Assembly: GCA_020740485.1 (NCBI GenBank)
Contig: DYMN01000010.1
Location: 9,974-73,973 of the forward strand
Reading direction: 5' to 3'
From: Polaribacter sp.
GTDB lineage: Bacteria; Bacteroidota; Bacteroidia; Flavobacteriales; Flavobacteriaceae
DNA: 64,000 nt
This document shows, in pieces, positions 57,381 through 64,000 of this stretch; the stretch's first letter is position 1, and each line of letters begins with the position of its first letter. The notes beneath the pieces were generated by a model, which did not search any database, had not been told where the DNA came from, and worked only from the letters and a program-made list of their open reading frames with translations. The position numbers were made by a program, and so were the translations under genes.

Positions 57381-58015
57381 ATTCCTATTAAAAAGAGGGT
57401 GTAAAAAATAATATTTGCAGCATACAGTACAAAAGTAAATAACTTGACAGTCGGATGATTTATAAATTCTGATTTCATAAAATTTATCGAAATCAAATCA
57501 TAGGGGATAATCAGAATAAACTGAAATAACAAACCTAAGCTAATCCAAAAGGGAAGCGATTTTTTTAAATATAAAATTTCGTCCGATTTAAATAGTTCGA
57601 TAAGATACCAAAACACACTAAAAATTACCATCAAATTTCCAACAAAAAAAGGATAAGTTTGATATTTATTCCAATCATCATTGATTATTAAATAATGGTA
57701 TATAAAAAAAATGATGTAAATAATTGACAATACAATCAATACAGTTTTGATATTTTCATTTTTTATCAGTTTGAAATAAAAGTAAAACAGAAATAAATAT
57801 TGACCGTTGAGCGTGATGTTATACCACCAGATGTTATACTTCATTGATGATAAGGCTATTGAGAAAGCTACGATTTCTATTATAGATAAATAGAATAAAT
57901 AGTATACAAAGTACTTCAAAGGCGTTTTCCCGAATTTTTCAAAATTGAGAAAAGCAGTAATTGTTACTATGAATAATAAATACTTGCTCGTATTATATAA
58001 TATTTCAAATAACAT
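57356..58015 (-). CDS. hypothetical multi-pass (6-7 TM) membrane protein
   Basis: Hydrophobic profile only. Its 3' end overlaps the kinase start by 25 nt. 219 aa. Confidence 0.5.
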   Translation of the reverse strand: MLFEILYNTSKYLLFIVTITAFLNFEKFGKTPLKYFVYYLFYLSIIEIVAFSIALSSMKYNIWWYNITLNGQYLFLFYFYFKLIKNENIKTVLIVLSIIYIIFFIYHYLIINDDWNKYQTYPFFVGNLMVIFSVFWYLIELFKSDEILYLKKSLPFWISLGLLFQFILIIPYDLISINFMKSEFINHPTVKLFTFVLYAANIIFYTLFLIGIWNTKASK

Positions 58016-58020
58016 TAATT

Positions 58021-58455
58021 TTATATGATTTCAGGACAAATATAAGGGCAAATATCCCCTCTGTTTAACACACTTGAAGTTTTGTCAGCATATTCATCAT
58101 CATTCATTAATTTTACTAACAAAGCAGGTGAACCTTTTTCTGAGTAATTGGGATCAAAGGAAGGGTGTATTTTTTTACCTTTTTTATTGTTCAACTCTAC
58201 GGTGGGGCAAAAAGCTAAATTTATTTTTTTTGAAGTATCGTTTTCAGATATTAAATGAACGCGAATACCTGATATATCAATTCCTTTATCTTTTGATTTT
58301 TTTTCTAAATAAGAAATATAATTTTTAATTTCATTAATTTCAAACCAAACTGACAGGGTTTGAGTGGTTTTACGAGACTTAGGAATGCTTTTATAATAAC
58401 TGTCAATTCCTGTTTTTACTTCTTTGAAAGTAAGTAAATTTTTTGGTTGTAACAT
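58021..58455 (-). CDS. hypothetical protein (first gene of the two-component operon)
   Basis: 144-aa ORF 5 nt upstream of the membrane-protein gene with a C-terminal CPYICP. I recognise no family. Confidence 0.4.
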   Translation of the reverse strand: MLQPKNLLTFKEVKTGIDSYYKSIPKSRKTTQTLSVWFEINEIKNYISYLEKKSKDKGIDISGIRVHLISENDTSKKINLAFCPTVELNNKKGKKIHPSFDPNYSEKGSPALLVKLMNDDEYADKTSSVLNRGDICPYICPEII

Positions 58456-58621
58456 GTTGTATTTATTTTAAATTAGTACTCAAATTTAATTAATAAATCA
58501 ATTTAAAATGAAATTTATTTAATTTAAGATTTAAAATAGATTTAAAAATCTTATATTCAGGTTTTTAAAAAATATTTTTTTTAAGTTTTGTTTTAAAAAC
58601 AGGAAAAACCCTTTAAAAAAA

Positions 58622-58669
58622 ACAGGAAAAACCCTGTATAAATTCAGGGTTTTTCCTGTGGTTTTTTTT
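58622..58669. terminator. 15-bp-stem bidirectional terminator-like hairpin
   Basis: acaggaaaaaccctg-tataaatt-cagggtttttcctgt, with T8 on the plus strand and an A8 run (58613..58620, read as U8 on the minus strand) 2 nt before the 5' arm. An extra copy of the 5' arm lies at 58599..58612. Confidence 0.65.
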
Positions 58670-58768
58670 AAAATTTCATATCATCTTTGCCTTATCAAAA
58701 TTAAAGGGAGAAATTGATTTTTAGAAAAAAGAACAAAAATTGTTTTAAGAATTTATATTTTGGGGGTA

Positions 58769-58806
58769 AAGGGTTGTACATCAGCTATGAGGTCAACCCT
58801 TTTTTT
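58769..58806 (+). terminator. orphan plus-strand intrinsic terminator
   Basis: aagggttg...caaccctt followed by T7. There is no plus-strand gene within 2.8 kb upstream. Confidence 0.5.
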
Positions 58807-58829
58807 GTGGCTGTAATATAACTTATTAT

Positions 58830-58858
58830 AAAAAAAAAATCCCGCATTGAAGCGGGAT
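58830..58858 (-). terminator. terminator of the thioredoxin-fold gene
   Basis: atcccgc-attgaa-gcgggat followed on the minus strand by a T9 run (58831..58839). Confidence 0.8.
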
Positions 58859-58867
58859 GAGTAAAAC

Positions 58868-59464
58868 TTATTTAAAAGTACCCTTGAAGTTTTTCTGATA
58901 GGTTTCCCAAGATTCTTTAGTTTTAATGTTTTTGTAATCGTTTGTTGCAAAAAGTTTGAGATAGATTTCTAATTGTTGTGGGGTCAAATAACCTGTAATT
59001 GGAGTTAAAACATTAGCTTGTTCATCCAAAATGAGCATGGTAGGATAAGCTCTAACTTGAAAATAACTTGCCAATTGATGGCCTGAATTTCGGGCTTTGT
59101 CTTTTGCAGGATCATAATTTGGATTAGAATAGGTTTTACCTTTGTATTTGATAGATTCATTGCCTTCTGCATCAAATTTAACTGCATAGTAGTTTTCATT
59201 CATGTATTTTACTAAATCAGGATTGTTAAAGGTCTTGGCGTCTAACATTTTACAAGGGCCACACCAATCGGTATAGGCATCCATAAATATTTTTTTGGGT
59301 TTTTTAGCTTGTGCGGCAATAGCTTGTTCTAAGGTCATCCATTTTATGGTAGGTCCGTCATCATTTACTTTTTTTATAGTCTCAATTTTATCAGTAGTTG
59401 AGTTTATTCTTGTAAAACCATACGCAACTCCGATAAGTACGGCTATAATTAAAATTTTTTTCAT
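58868..59464 (-). CDS. exported thioredoxin-fold protein
   Basis: Signal peptide MKKILIIAVLIGVAYG and WCGPCK active site. The alternative ATG at 59485 would add 7 aa. Confidence 0.8.
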   Translation of the reverse strand: MKKILIIAVLIGVAYGFTRINSTTDKIETIKKVNDDGPTIKWMTLEQAIAAQAKKPKKIFMDAYTDWCGPCKMLDAKTFNNPDLVKYMNENYYAVKFDAEGNESIKYKGKTYSNPNYDPAKDKARNSGHQLASYFQVRAYPTMLILDEQANVLTPITGYLTPQQLEIYLKLFATNDYKNIKTKESWETYQKNFKGTFK

Positions 59465-59512
59465 TATAATAAGTTTAAAATTCATTTGTTTTGATTACAC
59501 AAACTTCGTTCC

Positions 59513-59545
59513 AAAAATATAAAAACCTTTCAATCGAAAGGTTTT
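59513..59545 (-). terminator. terminator after the GH13 gene
   Basis: aaaaacctttc-aatc-gaaaggttttt followed on the minus strand by a T-run. Confidence 0.7.
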
Positions 59546-59601
59546 TATATTTGTAACATTAGTTACATAGTTAATTAACAACCTGTAATATAGTCAAATA
59601 A

Positions 59602-61452
59602 CTATTTTGATAATTCTAATATCAAAGACGTTTTAGGGGTAAGTTCTATAGCTTCGTTTACTTTATAAATTTTGTCAGAAATAATGTCTTTTCCTGAATT
59701 GTAGTTTTTTAATCCTTCGGAATAATGTTCCCAGTTTAATTTTTGAGATTTTTCACTATTATTGATAACAACCATGACGCTTTTATCGTCAGTATATCTG
59801 AAATAAACATATACATTTTCTATGGGCAAAAAATGCAACATTTTTCCTATGTGTACTGCCTCTGCTGCTTTGCGCCAATTTAATATTTTTTTAGTAAACT
59901 CATAAAATTCATTTTGTTTTTCGTTTCTTCCTTGAGAAGAGAAAGCATTTTGCGCATCTTCTTTCCAACCGCCTGGGAAATCTTTTCTCAACAGACCGTC
60001 TCCTTCGCTTTTTAACCCCGTCATTCCTATTTCTTCACCGTAATAAAGCTGTGGATACCCACGCGCGGTGCAAATAAGGGTTAATCCCATTTTGTATTTA
60101 TTGATATCGCTATCAATCAAAGAAATGAATCTGGAAGTATCGTGGTTGCTCATGAAAAGCATCAAATTTTTCGGGTTGGCATAGAGAAAATCATTTGTAA
60201 AATTTTCGTAGATTTTCACCATTCCATCTGACCAATTCATTTGATCTTCGTTAAAGGCTTTTTCTTGAGCGTCGTGTAAGGTGAAATCCATCACGGAAGG
60301 AAGATAGGAATTATAACCTTCAATAGCACCGATGGGACTGTCTTTTTGCCAATAGGAAATTTGCGCTTGGTCGTGCATCCAAACTTCGCCAACTATGTTA
60401 AAACTAGGGTATTCATCCATAATGGCTTTAGTCCATTGACTGATTCCCGCTTTGTCATTGTAGGAATAAGTATCTACACGCAATCCGTCTAAATCAGCAT
60501 ATTCTATCCACCAAATCGCATTTTGAGTGATGTATTTTAACAACAGAGGATTGGATTGGTTCATGTCCGGCATCGTCGTGTCAAACCAACCGTCCATACA
60601 TCCTTTTTTATCAATTTCAGCAGCATTTGGGTCAAATTGGGTGGTCATTCTGTAATTACTGCGCTGAAAATCATTGTCGGCATTTTCCCAATGATGAATC
60701 CAATCGTAGGTTGGTAAATCATGTATCATCCAATGTTTCCCTCCCCAGTGATTGGTAACGTAATCCATAATGTGTTTCATTCCTTTTTGATGCAACGCAT
60801 CAGATAACTTTTTATAATCTTCATTGCTGCCAAAACGGGAATCTATTTTATAACAATCGCTTATGGCATAGCCGTGATAAGAGTATCGGGTTTCGTTGTC
60901 TTCTAACATGGGAGTGCACCAAAGCGCCGTAACGCCTATTTCTTGTATATAATCCAAGTGGTTAATAATACCATCAATATCACCGCCATGTCTTCCGCTG
61001 TCGAAATTTCTATCTGCTTTTTCTGTGGTTTCTGCAGTGGAATCATTATTGGGATTCCCATTTGCAAATCGGTCGGACATGATGAGATACATGGCATCGC
61101 TGCTGTCAAATCCCTTGCGATAACGCGAATCTTCTCTACGTGATTTTAATTCGTAATTTTGAGTAAAGACCAATTTGTTTTTGAGAAAAAATTGGATTTG
61201 ATAGTTCCCTGCTTTGAGCTGTGCTGTGTTCCAATCCACAAAAAGATAATTGGGGTTTTCGGTTTTGAGCACTTGCGTGATGGTTCCGGCATTGATTTTA
61301 ATATCAAATTGAGCAATATTTTTACCATAAAGCAAAATTTCTACCTCACTATGTGTCATATCACTCCACCAAAATGGGGGTTCTATATGTTCTGGTTCTT
61401 GACTAAAAATAGATATGCTCAATAGAAAAAAGATATTATAAAAGAGTTTCAA
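59602..61452 (-). CDS. GH13 alpha-amylase family glycoside hydrolase (cyclomaltodextrinase/neopullulanase-like), exported
   Basis: Signal peptide and GH13 regions DYVTNHWG, GLRVDTYSY, VGEVW, FMSNHD; 616 aa; TTG start. Confidence 0.85.
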   Translation of the reverse strand: MKLFYNIFFLLSISIFSQEPEHIEPPFWWSDMTHSEVEILLYGKNIAQFDIKINAGTITQVLKTENPNYLFVDWNTAQLKAGNYQIQFFLKNKLVFTQNYELKSRREDSRYRKGFDSSDAMYLIMSDRFANGNPNNDSTAETTEKADRNFDSGRHGGDIDGIINHLDYIQEIGVTALWCTPMLEDNETRYSYHGYAISDCYKIDSRFGSNEDYKKLSDALHQKGMKHIMDYVTNHWGGKHWMIHDLPTYDWIHHWENADNDFQRSNYRMTTQFDPNAAEIDKKGCMDGWFDTTMPDMNQSNPLLLKYITQNAIWWIEYADLDGLRVDTYSYNDKAGISQWTKAIMDEYPSFNIVGEVWMHDQAQISYWQKDSPIGAIEGYNSYLPSVMDFTLHDAQEKAFNEDQMNWSDGMVKIYENFTNDFLYANPKNLMLFMSNHDTSRFISLIDSDINKYKMGLTLICTARGYPQLYYGEEIGMTGLKSEGDGLLRKDFPGGWKEDAQNAFSSQGRNEKQNEFYEFTKKILNWRKAAEAVHIGKMLHFLPIENVYVYFRYTDDKSVMVVINNSEKSQKLNWEHYSEGLKNYNSGKDIISDKIYKVNEAIELTPKTSLILELSK

Positions 61453-61685
61453 AACTTAATATGTTTTTAACTTGTGAATTGATTTTGAGTTGATGTTTTT
61501 GGCTAAAAAAACCAAGTGCTAAAATACTAAAGAATCAATAAAGGGCAAAGTTAATAAATGTTCTTTTTGTTTTATATTTATTATTTTAATCGGAATCAAA
61601 TTTTGTTTTTCTCTCCGCTTTTCTTTCAGATTGGATTTTTTTGTCTTTTAGTCTATTTAGTTGGAGAGATTGGAGGATTTAAAAT

Positions 61686-64000
61686 TTAAAAATTATAATT
61701 GATGTTTAAAGCGATATACCTTGGAATTAACCTATATTGATAAAAAGATGAAGAGTAATCGGAAACCCAATTTTGAGTAAAGAATTTTTCATTTAATAAA
61801 TTTTCCCCCACAATTCTGTAATTTAGTTTATTGTTTTTTGGGGTATATTGCAAATATGATTTTAAAAATAGATAATTTACGTTTAAATTTTCTATTTTAG
61901 GTATAAAATAGTCAGAAGTAAATAAAACTAACCATTCTTTAGATGGTTTTATAATTATTTTAAAATTGTTATTAATCGAATTATTTTGGTTTTCTTTATT
62001 ATAAATGTTTTTATTATATTTCAATACATTTTCAAAATTAATTAAAAAATTAAATGCTGTTTTCATAAAAACCTCATAGTTAAAATTCAGATTGTTATTA
62101 TCTCTTAATTGTGAATTGTTTAAAATGTTTTTGTAATTTGAAAAAGAAAAATTTGTTTTAAACCGAATTGTGCTCTCAATCTTAGGAATATATTTTTCCA
62201 TAAGAAAGTTTATATTTAAATTATTGTTAAATTCATTTAAGTAGAAATTATTTAAATATATATCGGAATTTTGAATATTTATATTTGAAATGAAATTCCC
62301 TTTATTTTTCATATAAATTACACCAAAATTCATGCGGAACTGTTTGTGAATATTATGAATTAAATAAAATACGTTTAAATAAAGTGATTTTTGTAAACCT
62401 AAATTAATTGTATTGGACTGAAATGTGCGACTATTTATTAGTATATCATCTGTAAAAATATAATTTTCAATTAGTGGATATGAACCATAATTAATTGAAA
62501 TTAAAGCTAAGGAAGTTTCATTAGCAATATATTTTAAAGTGAAATTCGGTTTCAATATTAAGTGGCTAGATGAAAAACCAAGATTTGTTATATAGTTATT
62601 AATATTTTGATCTAAAAATTCGAATTGTAAACTAGGTAAAATTCTAAATTTGCCATGAGAAATATTTAAAGATCCCGAGATATAAAGCGATTTATTATTT
62701 AAAAAAGTATCATTTTGATTCTTAATATTCAAATTTGGTGTGCTTGAATGATTACTATCTAATATAGAATAAAAGGAATTAGAATTAATAAAACAACCAA
62801 TTTTAAAATTATATTTAAAATCATTTATACTATTTAAAAAAGTACCATTAATCGATTGATAATTCTTTTTAAAATTACTAAATTGTTTATTTACTGAATA
62901 ATTTTCATCTAAATTGGAAATTTTTTCAGAAAATTTCTGCGGAATTTCATTAAATGAACTAATAATTGATAATTGTATAGCTTTTCTTTGAGAAAGTTTT
63001 TGTGTATATAAAATATTGTTATTTATGTAAACATTTTGAGTATTCAAATCTGATAGGAGAATATTATTATTGCTAATTAAACCATTAGTTTGTTTTAAAA
63101 CATTTTCTTGAAATATACTTAGTTTATATTCTAATAATGAGTTTTTTGAAGTATTAATTATTAAATCAATGTTACCTTTATACAAAGTTGGGTTTTTTTT
63201 AGTGTCTAAACTGTCTTTAGAAGACATAATATCATTACTTATGTAATATATGTTCTTTAAGAATTGAAAATTTAAGATTTTGTCGTTAAGAAAATAGAAA
63301 TTTGTTTTTAAATTTATTTTATTGTTTATTTTAAATGTGCTATTATAGTTTGCGAAAAATTGATTGTTTAAATTTGCTCTATTGTCATCATGACTTGACC
63401 CTATTAGATTTTCATTTATAAATTTTTTTGCATAAAAAGCATTTTCTTTCTGTTGCTCTTCATTTTGGTAACTTGAAAAAAAATCAAATGGTGAGTTATT
63501 TTCACCAATATTATTAAAAGATAATATACTAAACGATTTATAATTTTTGCTTATCCCTAAAATATTTGAGCCAATATCATTTGCCATTTTGTCCCTTGTA
63601 AAAAAACCACTTCCAAAATCAATATTTCCCGAAAAATCAATTTTATTTTTCTTTAATATTAAATTTAAAGCAACTTTGTCTTCTGAAACTATACCTTTTA
63701 ACAGCGGATTGTCTGAATAATTTTCAATAGCTTGAATTTGCTCTACCATATCGATATTAATATTTTTCGAACCAATAGAATAATTCGACCCAAATAAATC
63801 ATCCCCTTCTAGTTTTATAGTTTCAATATTTTTTCCTTTATATTTTATTTCACCTGATTTTTCATTAACATCAATTCCGGGTAACTTGATTAAAACATCT
63901 TGAAGTTTTCTTTCTGTTCCATCTTTATAGGATGAAATGTTGTATATTAATGTATCCTTTTTGATAATAAAAGGTTTTTTTTTTGAAGAAATTATAACTT
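61686..64000 (-). CDS. TonB-dependent-receptor-like outer-membrane beta-barrel protein, 5' end outside the window
   Basis: The frame stays open from 63749 to 64000 (hand translation ...LPGIDVNEKSGEIKYKGKNIETIKLEGDDLF..., plug-like). The rest is an Asn-rich barrel ending in the C-terminal aromatic YNF. Confidence 0.65.
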   Translation of the reverse strand, partial: VIISSKKKPFIIKKDTLIYNISSYKDGTERKLQDVLIKLPGIDVNEKSGEIKYKGKNIETIKLEGDDLFGSNYSIGSKNINIDMVEQIQAIENYSDNPLLKGIVSEDKVALNLILKKNKIDFSGNIDFGSGFFTRDKMANDIGSNILGISKNYKSFSILSFNNIGENNSPFDFFSSYQNEEQQKENAFYAKKFINENLIGSSHDDNRANLNNQFFANYNSTFKINNKINLKTNFYFLNDKILNFQFLKNIYYISNDIMSSKDSLDTKKNPTLYKGNIDLIINTSKNSLLEYKLSIFQENVLKQTNGLISNNNILLSDLNTQNVYINNNILYTQKLSQRKAIQLSIISSFNEIPQKFSEKISNLDENYSVNKQFSNFKKNYQSINGTFLNSINDFKYNFKIGCFINSNSFYSILDSNHSSTPNLNIKNQNDTFLNNKSLYISGSLNISHGKFRILPSLQFEFLDQNINNYITNLGFSSSHLILKPNFTLKYIANETSLALISINYGSYPLIENYIFTDDILINSRTFQSNTINLGLQKSLYLNVFYLIHNIHKQFRMNFGVIYMKNKGNFISNINIQNSDIYLNNFYLNEFNNNLNINFLMEKYIPKIESTIRFKTNFSFSNYKNILNNSQLRDNNNLNFNYEVFMKTAFNFLINFENVLKYNKNIYNKENQNNSINNNFKIIIKPSKEWLVLFTSDYFIPKIENLNVNYLFLKSYLQYTPKNNKLNYRIVGENLLNEKFFTQNWVSDYSSSFYQYRLIPRYIALNINYNF

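Noticed and set aside
59602-64000. GH13 amylase plus TonB-dependent-receptor-like gene as a polysaccharide utilisation locus.
   Set aside because: No SusD-like lipoprotein or regulator lies between or beside them in the window. The two genes differ sharply in composition, so there is no support for a PUL from this sequence alone.

Overview
This 64-kb window looks like a chromosomal segment of an AT-rich Bacteroidota genome, most likely Flavobacteriia. That placement is inferred from TAnnTTTG -7 promoter boxes in front of many genes, a tmRNA with tag GESNYALAA, lipoprotein and OMP style, and gene content. All product calls come from reading motifs in the supplied translations; no similarity search was possible. 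I recognise about 62 protein genes and one tmRNA, and no tRNA, rRNA, CRISPR array, transposase or integrase. The backbone is housekeeping: pfkA-gap, coaD, ssrA, a 2-oxoacid:ferredoxin oxidoreductase, proA/proB, gyrB, mdh, ppdK, tig, uvrC, corA, ilvE, menA, plus glycosyltransferases and OMPs. The accessory or unusual content is: (1) a tripartite HipB-HipS-HipT (split-HipA) toxin-antitoxin cassette beside gyrB, with three ATACC-N-GGTAT operator palindromes and flanked by direct copies of an intergenic repeat; (2) a nine-gene arsenic island (arsR, Trx-like, acr3, LMW-PTP arsC, exported rhodanese, arsP, exported Trx, Trx-like lipoprotein, CcdA/DsbD-like membrane protein), which amounts to an ars operon fused to a predicted periplasmic thiol-redox relay; (3) two solitary PD-(D/E)XK-fold genes in housekeeping spacers, namely DUF1016/YhcG splitting the oxidoreductase alpha and beta-gamma genes and a GxxExxY gene after ilvE, each bracketed by short repeats; (4) a low-GC operon of unknown protein, multi-TM protein, sensor-less HisKA_3 kinase and LuxR-type regulator; (5) a pervasive family of mosaic intergenic elements built from tandem degenerate octamers (NTGNNAAT) around GC-richer hairpin cores, including a 62-bp perfect inverted twin 13 kb apart and one nested insertion with a 5-bp duplication; (6) a very AT-rich, Asn-rich TonB-dependent-receptor-like OMP gene at the right edge. 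I cannot show that any of these is truly undescribed. The HipBST cassette, the ars-linked thiol relay and the octamer/hairpin mosaics are the best candidates for follow-up.
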